Assembly (NCBI GenBank): GCA_964270895.1
Contig: OZ185437.1
DNA length: 64,000 bases
Reading direction: 5' to 3' (one strand)
Source of the DNA: Podarcis filfolensis
Lineage: Eukaryota
Positions within the stretch are counted from its first letter, which is position 1, and every line of letters starts with the position of its first letter. The notes beneath the pieces are model-generated. The model was not told the origin of the DNA. It saw only the letters and a list, made by a program, of their open reading frames with translations, and made no database searches. Shown one piece after another: positions 29,420 to 42,700 of the stretch. Position numbers and translations under genes: made by a program.

Positions 29420-29938
29420 TGATGATGCTGGGAACAACTGCTGATCTGAATTGTCTGCTTTCAGCATAACTTTAGTTGTATCTTCATGGCCATCAAAGAA
29501 AATGCAGTGAATTTTGCCCATCTAACAAAGAACATCAAATTCCTGAGCCAGGGATTTCAGAACTTTTTCTTAGGCCCTCTTGACTGCAAGTCTCTTTTCT
29601 TCAGTGATCAAGCTGGCATCCATAAAGACAGCTGTGGCAAGCAGGCCAATACCATATCTGATGCTCTGCATACCAACATTATGCATTTCTATTGTGTTGC
29701 ACTCTGCCTTTTTATCAGAAGTGGAAGGTGTATTTGGCTTTTCTAATGTCAATTCATAACTTCCACCATTTCCATCTTGGTCATCATCTATGTGTTATTC
29801 ATTTTCATCAGCACAGAAAATTATTTCATTTGATGGTATTGAATCATCTAATCTACTTCTATGCTTATATTCAACAAGCCTTCTCTCATCTTCTTGCTGC
29901 TTCCACTTTTTAACTTGTTTGTTATGCTCAAGCATATG
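29420..29938 (-). pseudogene. Fossil DNA transposase fragment, hAT superfamily (hATm-like)
   Basis: One frame of about 173 codons with 3 internal stops: ...NTIEMHNVGMQSIRYGIGLLATAVFMDASLITEEKRLAVKRA*EKVLKSLAQEFDVLC*MGKIHCIFFDGHEDTTKVMLKADNSDQQLFP. Family assignment is from recalled motifs (RYG, FDGR.D.T), not from a search. Confidence 0.72.
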
Positions 29939-30092
29939 TAATACACTTGTGATTACTAGATAATCATTTTAATGATTATTATGCAATTTTACACACATTG
30001 TTTAAAAAAAGACAAGTTTTAAATTACTGGAAATTCCACAAAATGTTAAAAAGTCAGTATTTGTTTGCAAAGTACAAATCAAAACTAAATTA

Positions 30093-30328
30093 CAGTTGTA
30101 CCTTGGTTCTCGAACAGCTTAGTTGCCGAACAAATCAGCTCCCGTATGCCACAAACCAAGAAGTAAGTGTTCTGGTTTGCAAATGTTTTTCAGAAGCCGA
30201 ACATCTGATGCGGCTTCTGCTTAAGTGCAGGAAGCTCCTGCAGCCAATCAGAAGCCACGCCTTGGTTTTTGAATGGTTTTGGGAGTCCAACAGACTCCCG
30301 GAACGGATTAAGTTTGAGAACCAAGGTA
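30093..30328. mobile_element. Tc1/mariner-like MITE, right TIR clipped
   Basis: TA|CAGTTGTACCTTGGTTCTCGAAC...TTTGAGAACCAAGGTA; body resembles 10432-10620. Confidence 0.82.
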
Positions 30329-31173
30329 TATTTATTTAACCAAAATATCTTTTGAATTCCCAACTCATGTTACAACTTTTTAGCAACCCTCATTTTTTGA
30401 AATTTAAAGTTGAAAAATTCAGCATACCCTATTATGAGAACCTACAATTTTATTCTCTTATACTACTTGAAGCTGCATCCCTATGTACACTTACAAGGGG
30501 GTAACTCCCAATGACTTGCCTCTAATTAAATATGCATTGGATTGGCCTGCATGTTTATTCCAAGTGTGAGATAGTATAATCCCAAATCAAACACCACTGC
30601 TATTGGTTTTTCTGTGTTAGATAACATGGCTTGCAGTCAAGCGGTGGGAACTAGCCCTGGATGTTTACAGGGAAATAAATGCATTATCAAGTGGTACTAC
30701 TCACAACACTCCAGCAATTTAGTTTATATTGTGAAGGCAAATATCATGTTTTTATTCCTATGCTTTAACCATCTTTAACCAACATTGTGAAACAAACTCA
30801 GAAAAGCCTTCCAAGACAAATATGCTACTTGACATGACATCATTTAAAGGACAAAATAGGGTAATGCAATTTAATAGCATGAACAGGATAAAGTTATTTG
30901 ATTTACCAATAAATCCTGGAACTAGTTATGCTGCCAGAAGAAGTGTTATTGGATTTAAAATAGTTTATCTTATTAAATCAGCATAAGCTATAAATACAAA
31001 CTTCAGTGTATGGCTCCAGCAGGACAATTTACCCACTGAAATAGCATGTTTCTTAAGTCTCTAAAAGCAGGACACACTGAATTGTGATGCTTAACATCTG
31101 CAGAAGAGCCTTGGATCAGAGTTTTAAGTATGCCATGCCATTGCATTCTCTCTTATATATATCTATATCTATA

Positions 31174-31179
<6 letters not shown>

Positions 31180-31213
<34 letters not shown>
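31180..31213. repeat. (TA)n microsatellite
   Basis: Direct reading. Confidence 0.95.
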
Positions 31214-31218
<5 letters not shown>

Positions 31219-31388
31219 AGAATAGGAGCTTAGCCTTTGAAATAAGTATGTTGTAAGTAGTCATCCTGCCTTATTCCTGACTAGCTGCCACTACAACTTC
31301 CTGTAAACACTTCCCTGAATTCTGGAAGACATGAACTTGTACTTGCCTGGCTGCATGTGAACTACACACAAAGGAGCTTAGCTGAAAT

Positions 31389-31390
31389 GA

Positions 31391-31433
<43 letters not shown>
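31389..31433. repeat. (GAAA)n microsatellite
   Basis: Direct reading. Confidence 0.95.
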
Positions 31434-31434
<1 letters not shown>

Positions 31435-31897
31435 GAAGGGACAACACCAGCAAAACAAAGTACTGCACAATATAATGAAGCAGGTAGACATCGAGGGGAG
31501 GGGAGGGGAGGTTAGCAGTTCACACAAGGATGTTTGCCTGACTGTGATTTGCAACAGACTAGCAACAAATTGTCAGAGTAAAAGCATTACATTTCATGGC
31601 CTTACAGGAAAGTACTAAGAGATAGGCTGTATTCAATGGCCTGCAGGTTGAGCCTCCAATATAAAAAGAACTTTAATCTAAATTCTCAAATCTGCTTATA
31701 TTTCAGAAAGAACTTCTTGGTTGCTGCCTTTCTTTCTGCTATTGTTTTATATCCAGTACCTCATCACTTAAGCCATTAGGACCTGAAACAAATTAGCTCA
31801 TACAGGGTCTGCTATACATTTGCTACTTACTATAACCCAAACTAAACTTGTAAAAAAATGATGTTTGTTCATACCATTGGTACTAGATTTACCTATA

Positions 31898-32058
31898 CAG
31901 TCATACATTGGTTTTCGAACAGAATGTGTTCTGGAAGTCCACTGGACGTTCAGCTTCCAAGGCAAAGTTCGCAAACCAGAACACTTACTTCCGGCTTTGC
32001 GACATTTGAGTTCCAAGTTGTTCGTGAACTAAGCTGTTCCAAAACCAAGGTATGACAG
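31898..32058. mobile_element. Tc1/mariner-like MITE, CAGTCATAC-type TIR
   Basis: TA|CAGTCATACATTGGTTTT...AAAACCAAGGTATGACAG. Confidence 0.75.
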
Positions 32059-32679
32059 CAGTTTTTTTCTTTGTATGAAGAAGATGTATGCAATGTGAAC
32101 TAAGGCTAAGTTTAAAACTTTGTTTTTCAAGAGCAGACAGTCTCACAGAGTGCATTGCAGTGATCTTCACGTCTGCGTGCACACAGAAGTAAATCAATTT
32201 ATACATATGTCATACAACATGTAGATCTAAACTGTAATAAAAATTAAGGTTATAAAAAGAGAAAGACCAGCAAAAATAACTTTAGAAGTAAAAATATCAT
32301 AGTCATATGTCATAACTCTGACAAAGGATTTAAAAATTCTCATCTGCTTGCTATTTCATTGTTCTATACACTGTGCCCACTCATGTTTGAACCTGTTCAT
32401 TCTGTAACTTGTTGAACCCAGATACACCAAGTAATTTTACTCAAAACTGTTATTTCCTATGATTTAATACACCATTCTTTCAGGTGGGGAATTTCCCCAC
32501 CCTGTGACCACACGCAGTATTTTGTATATAGTATCCTTGCAGAAATCAAATTTTTAGATTACCAATGCATGGACCACTGTGGCTAGATTATCTTTGTCCA
32601 GGAACAGACATAGTGGGCATACCAACCAAAGCTAGCTACTGAAATCAGTTGAGCCTCTAGTAATGAAGATGAATGACTA

Positions 32680-33400
32680 CATTCTGACTACAAGCTTGGT
32701 CCTTCAGAAGGAATAAAACTATATCCAGACAAATTTTCTGGACCTGAGGACTACCTATACACAGTGCCTCCATCTTGCCAGTATTCATGCTCACCTTACT
32801 GGCCCTCATCCAGTCCACCATTGCATCCAGAAACCAGCTCAGGGCTTGCATGTTGACTCCTGACTTGGGCGTTACAGAGAGATAGAACCATCTGCTTACT
32901 GAAGCCATCGTTCTCCAAATCTTGTAAAGGCCACCCCCAATAGCTTCATATAGATGATAAATAGCATTGGGGACAAAATAGCACCGCATAGCCTAACTAC
33001 TAGAGGGCAAACACGTTTGGAAGTCCCTAGAGCTCAGTGGCAGAGCATCTACATTGCATGCAGAAGGTGCTAGGTTTAATCCCTGGTATTTCCAGGTACA
33101 GCTAAGTGTATCCCCTGTTTGAAACACTGCAGGGTTGCTGCCAGTCAGTGTAGACAATATAAGCTGTTTCCTTTGCTGCTTTCTGGACTTGCAGGAAGAA
33201 GTGGAACCAATGAAGATCAGTGCCTTCAACTCCCAACCAACAGAAGATATCCAAAAGGATGTCATGGTTGACGGCATCAAATGTTGTTGAAATATCAAGA
33301 ACGAGTAACATGATTGGACTTCCACTGTCCCTCTCGCAAGCAATGTCATCTATCAAGATGACAGAGGACAACTCAGACCCAAAAACCAGATCACAACCGA
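32680..33400 (-). mobile_element. L2 reverse transcriptase fragment interrupted by a SINE
   Basis: LLVLDISTTFDAVNHDILL...WFHFFL, then AILSPMLFIIYMK...MVDWMRASKVSMNTGKMEAL. Confidence 0.85.
33017..33166 (+). mobile_element. tRNA-Ala-derived SINE (Squam3-like), 3'-truncated, nested in L2
   Basis: Same head and body as the 60738 copy. Confidence 0.78.
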
Positions 33401-34439
33401 GACTAGTAATGGTCAAGATAATCTGCATCATACAAGAGTGAATGTACTTGAACTGTCACTACCCTCTCTCAAGCACCTTCCCCAAAATGGGGGTATTGAT
33501 GATTTATCCCAATTACCACTGAATCAAGGATTTAACAGATGCTCCTAAAGGTGATGGTGAAGTTTACACCCACTACCATACCCTACAGATAACACAGCCA
33601 CTATGAGTGCTGTGGTGCTCACAATGTAACAGAGCCTCTTCAATTACACCAGTCTAAACCACTGAGTCAGCAAGAATGTGGTGTTACACCTGCTCTCTGT
33701 GCTATTAGACCTTTCCTTGACAGTATTTGTTTAGTTTGCAATCTATGTTGCCAGAAGTGAATAATTATTAACATGTGCCAAGGTCAATATATGTAAAGCC
33801 CCATAGAAAAGCTGTTATTTCCTTTCCAACCTTGGCATTTAGACCACAGTTTTAAAAGAAGCAGCAACAAACTTGAACTGTTAATCAAAAGAGCCAGCTA
33901 CTAAGATTGCTCTCCACTATATTTAACAATTCTTCCAAAAGTGGGAATATAAATTTAATGGCCTTTTGGTAGAAGAAAAAAGTGTCAGTAAAGAGTATAT
34001 TCTAAGTACTGTGGCATAGCAAATATTCAGCTTCTCATACATTTGCCATAATGCACATGGGTGTACACTATGGCAGCTAAGACATAGTCTATAGAACAAG
34101 CCTTTCATCTACATTTTTCCCCAGAGTAGAAAACTTCATGCAGAATTGCAGCAAGCAAAAGGCTGTCACTAAGAACAACCCCATATTTCATTTTCTCCAT
34201 CTCATTCTTATGTGAGGTAATATTTAACAGATTTCCCCCTTTCTCATCATGAATGAAGTGGAACATGTTGCCTTGATACAGTGTTATAGAAGGCAATAAA
34301 TAATTCCATGATCATGGTAAAAAGAGCATGAACTGGGAAATCTGGATGGTGATTGCATGTACTGTTCCCTCAACATTATAGGGAAGGAGAAACAGGGTGG
34401 CTGTTTTTGATGGCAGCTATGACTTAATATTTTGCCTTT

Positions 34440-34610
34440 CCGCCAAGGAGCTAAAAGGTAGTCCTGCCCCCCTTCCATTTCATACCACAACCCTGTGATA
34501 TTAGCTAGGCTCCAAGCACACAAGGCCACTTAGTAAACTTTATATTCTAGTGGGAATTTGAACCTGGTGTCCCTGCCCTTAGTCTGACTCTCTAAACACT
34601 ACTGCAGTTT
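34440..34610 (-). mobile_element. MIR/CORE-like SINE remnant (similar remnants near 585-645 and 57720-57835)
   Basis: CACAACCCTGTG...GGGAATTTGAACCTGGTGTCCC...ACACTAC. Confidence 0.55.
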
Positions 34611-35362
34611 AGGCCCTTTTACTTCACTACTGAACAGCTAAAGAGAAGTTTCCAAACATGAGATGGAGATTACCATGAACATGCAACCCAAAAGACAACT
34701 GAATTTATCGCGTTAAGAGTTATGGCTGGCTAAAGCACATTAAATGAAACAAAAGCTTGGATTCCACTATTTTAAGCACAAAATAGAAGCAGCTAAAGGA
34801 GAAAAGATCTACAGGACAAGGAGGCTATTTTTGTTGCTGTTATGGAAGTTCTTAAACTAAGAAACAAGGCTCCCTCAAATATTCCAGAAATTCCTATTGT
34901 AAACTATAATCTATTAATAAAGGATATAGATGTTCGAAGCTGATAATACAACAAGAAAAAACTGAATGATTCTAATTGCCATTTTATGTAGTTAGCATGC
35001 CTATTTTGAAGAGTGCTTAAAATCTTTAATCAGTTTGGCCAGGTTCCATGGTCAACATATGATAACCTTACCATTTTAAATTATTATTTTTGATACTTGA
35101 AGCCACTCCAGGGCCCTAAGGAGTCATGCTGGTGGGAAATCCCCATATAAGGAGTGCAACACTGTAGTATACCTTGTATGATCTTCCTTGTAAGTGGGGA
35201 ACAAACTAATAAGACAATGCTGCTTTGGTTATTTTCAATAATCAACCATTTACAGATAACCAGCTGTTGTGACATGTGCTAAGAGCCCACATGCTTCTAA
35301 TGTAATCTCTAACTTCAGAGCAGTAAATCAGATGATGTCACTAAGTACAAAAGCACATATTA

Positions 35363-35554
<192 letters not shown>

Positions 35555-36173
35555 TCAATGTGTTGAATTCAGTGGTTAATTAAATCCATATTGTATTGTA
35601 GACATACCACTTTAACATAAAGCATTATTAACATTAAGTTGCTGTTGTGGTGTTTTAGTTATAGTAGGGAGTCTTTTATTCAATTCCATTCTCTATTGTT
35701 AATTAGGAATTTGTAATGCGCACCCATTAATTCTCATTAAGAAGTTTAGCTAAAAGACTATTAATCCAATTAAGAATTTCCCTCTAAGACAACAGGCTTC
35801 TGAAGCTGGGAACTACAGAAAAGATATTTTATTCCCTCACAACATATGCTTACAAAGTTATGAAAGATAAATCATATGTCTGGTAGAGAATGCAGTTTGG
35901 TTACAAGCTAGCAGACTGAAACAACTTAAAAGAAAAGAAAAGAAAAGAATGTACCAAATCAATGACGGCAGAATACATTCTAGCAAGCAGTGGGGTTTTA
36001 TGGAATATGTTAAATGATCAAATCCTGTAATAGGAGTACCAAAGAACTAGATGCTTTCCCATATTTACTAGATGAAAGACTGGTGTTCTGATATTTCACA
36101 GGACTCCCACAGCAGCACAGTCTTTGTTCCATCCCCATGCCATGGTTGCCACTAAGCAACAGCTGAGTAAACA

Positions 36174-36409
36174 CAGTGGTACCTTGGTTTAAGAACAGCT
36201 TAGTTTATGAACAACTTGGATTAAGAACGCTGGAAACCTGGAAGAAAGTGTTTTGATTTGTGAACTTTGCCTTGGAAGCAGAACATGTTTTGCTTCCTGT
36301 TGAGTGTGTTCCATTTGTAAATTGAGTCCCGCTCTGCTATGGGAAAGCATGCTTTGGTTTAAGAACGGACTTCCGGAACGGATTAAGTTTGTAAACCAAG
36401 GTACCACTG
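36174..36409. mobile_element. Tc1/mariner-like MITE
   Basis: CAGTGGTACCTTGGTTTA...TAAACCAAGGTACCACTG. Confidence 0.85.
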
Positions 36410-36492
36410 GAACTTCCATTCAAATAGACTTCCTAAAAGTTTAGGTAACTTTTCTTAAAAGATTCAAGAAGACAACTTCACAGAAAATGACA

Positions 36493-36739
36493 TTTCCTTC
36501 ACATGATTGGTCTAAGTGCCACTGATCACATCAAACAAAAATGTCAAGAATATAATTTATAAAGCTACTACATTTTGGTTGGTGTGTATACTTGTATCAC
36601 AGCCCAGTTTTTGAAGGCAATACAATAGCCAATCCATATGTTGAGGGAGAGAGCAGACAGATCTTTGGGGAGGAAGCATTATTCTTGACATTTTTGTTTG
36701 ATGTGATCAGTGGTGCTTAGACCAATCATGTGAAGGAAA
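36493..36739. repeat. 60-bp inverted repeat (58/60) with 127-bp spacer
   Basis: Arms 36493-36552 and 36680-36739 compared base by base. Confidence 0.97.
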
Positions 36740-37089
36740 GGTTGTAAAAGGAGGAAAGGCAGTAGAATTAGAAATAGATTTCCCACTTTCCTCTGCCCCT
36801 TGATAGTTTTAAATGTGGATGTTCCTTGGTATGGCTAATTTTAACACCATGAGTGCCATCTTATGAAAAATAGTGGAACATATGCTTCTAATATGTCTGG
36901 TCTGACAAATCTGATAATGGGGGAGGCAGGAACAACTGTGTGTTCTCTCAGACTGTGCTCACACTCCCATTTACTGTGCACTCAATGCATTTCCAGTGCT
37001 GCATTTTTCATCCCTGTTCATCTGATGTTATCCAAAATGCAGATCAAGTCTGTACTTTGCTATAAAATACTACAGCCTGATAAGTTGTT

Positions 37090-37228
37090 AGAATCATAGG
37101 ATGATAGAACTGTAGAGTTGGAAGGGGCCCCAAGGGTCATCTAGTCCAATCCCCTGCAATGCAGGAATCTCAGCTAAAAACACCTAAGGAAGGGGAGTCT
37201 ACAATCTCCCAAGGGAGACAATTCCACT
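37090..37228 (-). mobile_element. CR1 LINE 3' end
   Basis: AGAATCATAG...GTAGAGTTGGAAGGG...GGTCATCTAGTCCAA. Confidence 0.82.
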
Positions 37229-37743
37229 AAGAGCTCTTACTGTCTGAAAGCTTTCCCATATGTCTAGTTGCATGTTTAGTTGTTTGTTTATGTTTTCCAT
37301 ATGTTTTGCTGTAACTTGTCAAACCAGCTTCACACCTGTTAGAGTCCTTAAGTTGCTTGTAACTTGTCTCTAGCCAATATGTAAATACCTTTGCATAGAG
37401 TAAAGGCATCCGTGTCCCCTCAACACTGCTTGGTATATACACAAACAAAAACAAACCCGACACTAATAAAGCTGTGCTGATGTGAACAACTGGGGGGAGG
37501 GGAAGCTGTAAAGAGGACAAGGCGGGGAGGACAACATTGCTGCACTCTAAGGTGACAATGTGAACACACTGTCATTTGACAGCCCTTGCTTTTTTCTTCT
37601 TAATTGCTCTCCAAAGTTATCTGCTGCTCCTCATTTGGACAGAGTTCTTTCTAAACCATTTTAGCCAACAACAAAACCTGGTGAAAACTTAAATTTTCAT
37701 TATTGCTTGTTTTCTTGCTATTCTATTCTATGTTGTGTTTGTT

Positions 37744-37747
<4 letters not shown>

Positions 37748-37784
<37 letters not shown>
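37748..37784. repeat. (GT)n microsatellite
   Basis: Direct reading. Confidence 0.95.
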
Positions 37785-37787
<3 letters not shown>

Positions 37788-37890
37788 AATACACCCCCCC
37801 TCTAAGTGGTTTAATAGTAGACAATCTAAAGCATTCATTAAAAATGCCAATAAAAATATTAAAAGCAAGTTACATATTTATAAATATATA

Positions 37891-38115
37891 CAGTGGTACC
37901 TCAGGTTACATACGCTTCAGGTTACATATGCTTCAGGTTACAGACTCCGCTAACCCAGAAATAGTACCTCGGGTTAAGAACTTTGCTTCAGGATGAGAAC
38001 AGAAATCGTGCTCCGGCAGCGCAGCGGCAGCAGGAGGCCCCATTAGCTAAAGTGGTGCTTCAGGTTAAGTACAGACCTCCGGAACGAATTAAGTACTTAA
38101 CCCGAGGTACCACTG
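37891..38115. mobile_element. Tc1/mariner-like MITE
   Basis: TA|CAGTGGTACCTC...GAGGTACCACTG|TA, with three roughly 16-bp internal CTTCAGGTTACA units. Confidence 0.9.
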
Positions 38116-39162
38116 TATATATAAAATCAGTAATTTTAAAACACAGTAGTGTTGCTCCTTATCTTGGTTGAGATTTCATATTTCAGGTGTTCTGACTATT
38201 TAGTTTTCTCTCATCTCAGAATTGTATGTCAGTAAAACACCGAAATACTTTAATAAAGTGCTGCTTATCTACAATACACATTCCAATGCCAATCTTCCAT
38301 CATAAACCCTTGAAACAAAACCCAAAACTGGACCTGGACCACATGTGAGGTGAGTACCCCCATGTTAACAGGATTATTGGTCCTTATTAGTGTACCAGCT
38401 GTTCATACACAAGCGCCAAATTTATACCTGTCAAACATGAAACAGACTGAAACTGGCTTTCCACATATGCTAATAGTCAAGTACAAGATTGTAAGAAGAG
38501 AAACCATTCTGGTGTGTGTGTGTGATTTATAGATTATGATGTGATCCACAAACCAATTAAACTTTGACCTAAGTCTATTCTCCATTTTCAAGATAAGCAC
38601 AAATACAAACAGGGTTGCTCAACTGTACTGAGAAAAGTTCACATGTACACACTCATGCACGCTTCTTATATATACACATACATACACTCTTCTATATTGC
38701 ATTTATAGTCTGATCTGCAATCCCAGGAGACAAGATAGTAGTGTTTCACCTGCATCGGTCTGAGTTTCCTTCTTGGTGTGATTCCTGCCTGCAAGGGGTT
38801 TTTTTGGCTGACAGCAGAGTGCAGTGTTGTTTGGTTGCTGACTGACTAGATGAGCAGGGATGTGATCCAGAGCACATCTTATCACAAAGGCAAATCGTGC
38901 TGCGGGCAGCAGGATTAACACCAAAGGGGATTTCCACTTGCAGGAGTTATAGGAATATGGGTGCATCAGGATACAGAATTGTAGGCCAGGTACTGTAGGT
39001 TACAGGCCTGTGAGACCCTGGGAGAGGGGAAGTTTGGTTTGGTGTTGTTTCCCTTGAGTGAGAGACAGGGGAACAAATGCTGTAGTTGTGTTCTCACTGA
39101 CAGCGTGGGATTTGTCCACTACTGGGCCTTACTTAGTCTACTATCTGTGGCCCTATCAACTA

Positions 39163-39404
39163 CAGTGGTATCTTGGGTTACATACACTTCAGGTTACATA
39201 CGCTTCAGGTTACAGACTCAGCTAACCCAGAAATAGTACCTCGGGTTAAGAACTTTGCTTCAGGATGAGAACAGAAATCGTGCTCTGGCGGCGTGGCAGC
39301 AGCAGGAGGCCCTATTAGCTAAAGTGGTGCTTCAGGTTAAGAACAGTTTCAGGTTAAGAACGGACCTCCGGAACGAATTAAGTACTTAACCCGAGGTACC
39401 ACTG
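39163..39404. mobile_element. Tc1/mariner-like MITE
   Basis: TA|CAGTGGTATCTT...GAGGTACCACTG|TA; near-identical to the 37891 copy. Confidence 0.9.
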
Positions 39405-39622
39405 TATATGATGATGGTGCTAAGATGTGTCTAGGCCAGCAGGTAGCAGCGAGTTAAGAAGATGCTACCTTGATGTCAGTGTTGGTGAGTAGGGTAAGGT
39501 ATAGTCTTGAATGGAGGAGCTGACCATCTGGGGCAGAGGTCTAGAATGCATACCCCGTCTCCCATTTCAGCCCTCCCACTTTTCCAGAAGTTACTGGTAG
39601 ATTATCCACCGAGTCTTCTGGT

Positions 39623-39760
39623 CTGATGGTGCTATTAATGAATGTCAGATCAGTTTATAATAAGACCACGCTCATCCACAATCAAATTGGCTGACCTGCC
39701 ATGTATTACTGAAACTTGGATGGGTAAGCTGGGTGGACCTAACCTAACTCAGCTGTATCT
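39623..39760 (+). mobile_element. L2 ORF2 APE endonuclease N-terminal fragment
   Basis: LMVLLMNVRSVYNKTTLIHN, then (frameshift) ADLPCITETWMGKLGG. Confidence 0.7.
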
Positions 39761-42700
39761 CTCTCTTCTTCACCACAAAACCTCTTGATGTTGGGATAAG
39801 CTTCAAGAGTCTGCCCCTGGTGTTTGGACAGAGAGACAGATTGAGGATGCTCCTCCTCTATCAAATACACTGTTGTCCAGCAGTGGCTATTCTGTTTTGG
39901 CATTTTATTTCTGTGTCTTGCTATCACCACATAATAAAGCTGCTCCTGCAACTTCTACCTACTTGAAGAAAGTGCATTTATTTCAGAACAGCACTGCATG
40001 GCCCCAACACTTTCCATATCTTTACTGAACAACCCATACTCACAACCCTTAATGCTTCTTTTTCTGCATGTTCACACACACACATTTTTCCAGCTCTGCA
40101 AGTCCATCTGGTAAAATCACAAACCCTTTCAGCTGTGCTACTGCAGTGGTGTGAAACCCTACACTAAGACCATAAATATAAACACACTCAGGTCTTTTTG
40201 CAATAATTTCTTGAATATCCCAGCAATAAGTTGAATTCTAGCTAGAAAAATCAAAAGGAAAAAAAAATCACAACCATGGTCTGAATTATAATTAGGACTG
40301 CACTATTTGCAAGCAAACATATTTTTTTAAAAAAGAAAGGGGAACTTGAAGTCCACTCCCACATGTTCCTAAAGATACAATTTCAAATTCCTGCCTTTTC
40401 CAAGTCATTTTTGGGATGTCTTTGCAGCCCAGGTAGGCTGATGCAATTACACCATTTAATAATGCCTCCCCAGGCATTATTAAAGTCAGCAAGTTATCAA
40501 AACTAGCTCAAATGTGAATGCAGTACTTTATTAAGATGGAAAACATCCTGGGAACTATATTTACCTCTCACAGAGCTACAATTCTGGCTGAACTACTGAA
40601 CACAGCTATGAGAATACTGGTTTGGGAGTAGACCTATGATATAATAGGAAACATATGGAGGTCGTCTATAGCTGAGGAAGCAACCAATAATGTAATAGAG
40701 ATGAAAGGAAGGAGGGGTGAACTGACTCCTTTTATGCTATTTGGTGGTTGTTTATTTTGTATACGAATGAAGTTTACAAAATACATTATCAGCCACATCA
40801 CTACAAATTTGGATGTTGTGACCATCTATACTTGTTGATACTTTAAGTTGGAGAAGAGGACATTGTAAGAGATTGTGTTTCTATAGAACCCTGATGGAAT
40901 AACGTAAGAGAGTCCTGTAGAATAACTAAATAAAAAAATATTAAATATCCTCTATGCACTTCCTTTTCAAATCTTGCCACATGCAATTTTGTTTATGTTT
41001 AGATTTTTTGTATATTATTTTGATAAGGCACAAAGATCAATAGCAATTCCATGCTCATATCCAAATGGGAAGAATATTTTTGTGGAGCGAGACGTGAGTA
41101 AACTGAGTAGTCAGCATCTTGGGATCATCAGATTTTGCACTGTCACAGGTAGAAGAAAGGACATATGGGTAGTTTCCCCACAAGCAGCAAAAGACATGCC
41201 TTGTGGAAGAAAGTGACTAGGTTCCAGGTGTCCTTCACAAAGTTTATTAAAAACAATTATGACTAAAAAACCCCCACATTTTAAAAACTTAATTTTGTTA
41301 TACTATAGTAACCATGGATTTATTTTAAGTGAAAAACTAAAGCTCTGTCAGCATAGTTATGTCATGCATTTGACTTGGGAGATTTCTGCTAAGTTCCAAT
41401 GATAGTACTCTCACTGAAACTTTATTTGGTCCAGCACAATTTGCAAACTATTCATAATTACTTTAGCAGGTGCAAATAGATCTAAGTTTCAAAGATGGAA
41501 CATGTTTTACCAAGATAAATCTATTAATTATAATGTCAAACTAACAGTGATATTCATAGTGAAACTTTTACTTTTAATCTTGAAAGGCTACATATGGAGT
41601 GCATTTCTCAGAGCTACAGATGGGTGGAGAACGAGAACCACATAAGCCAGCCCTACTCTTCTTTTTATACAACAGAACTAGCAAAGCTATATTTTAATAA
41701 TTATTCAGCAATTATCAAAGGTAGAGCTAAAAAAGCAGTGTCAGGAAAGTTTAATCACATGTCTCCATGTGAATTTTAGTCAGTGAAATACTAAACCACT
41801 GTCAATTGCCTCCAATGCCAACCCCTAAGGCTGCTAGATTCAATGTCAGATACAGTTCTTATGCCTTACATAAATAGTTTAACACTTTTATCCAACCCTT
41901 AAAGACACTAGACCTCTGTCCTAAACTGTGTTGCAATTTTGGACCATACAACTTATTTATTGTTTGTAGGGGGTAAACAAACAATCTTGAGAACACATAA
42001 AATTCAGGAAACAAGTACAGTTCATTCCTCTGCTTACCTACTCAAAAGTAAGTCCCTGCAAGTACAATAGAACTTGCTTCCAATGAACTGTAATAGGATT
42101 TTAGTCTTGTTCTATAAGAGCCATGATATTCCTCAACGCTAATGAGATTAAAAGCAATGTGAAGTGTTTAGATATTATTCCTGGTGATCTGCAATGAGCC
42201 ATTGTTGTTGGAACAGCCTAACCAAAATACAATTTATCTTACAAGTTACAATACCAAATCTACTCAAACAACACTGAATCCATTTTGCTCTGATCACAAC
42301 ACATCAGCTCTCATTACAAAGTTAGGAGAGCTGTGTTATTGTTGCTCAAATTCCATTTACTTTTATTTCCTCTAGAATAAACTACAATTTACTTCCATTT
42401 GTAATTCCAAGCACATTAAATGAACAGCCCATTAAAATCAAGTTGGGAGTTGCCAAAACTGTAATCCTTAAAAAGCAAGTTTAAAAAGTTTTGCTTTGCT
42501 GTTATGAAGCAGCTGCATGCACCACATACATATGGCATTAACACACATTACTTGTGGAAGCCAGCCTACCAACTTCACTAAGACTTTCCATCAGCATTTA
42601 TCAGTGTGTTTGCCATATATGTAACCAAAGAATACTTCTCTAGTAAGTTTTGCTGCCAACACCACTTATCTATTATTTCAATGGTGCAATTTACAACACT

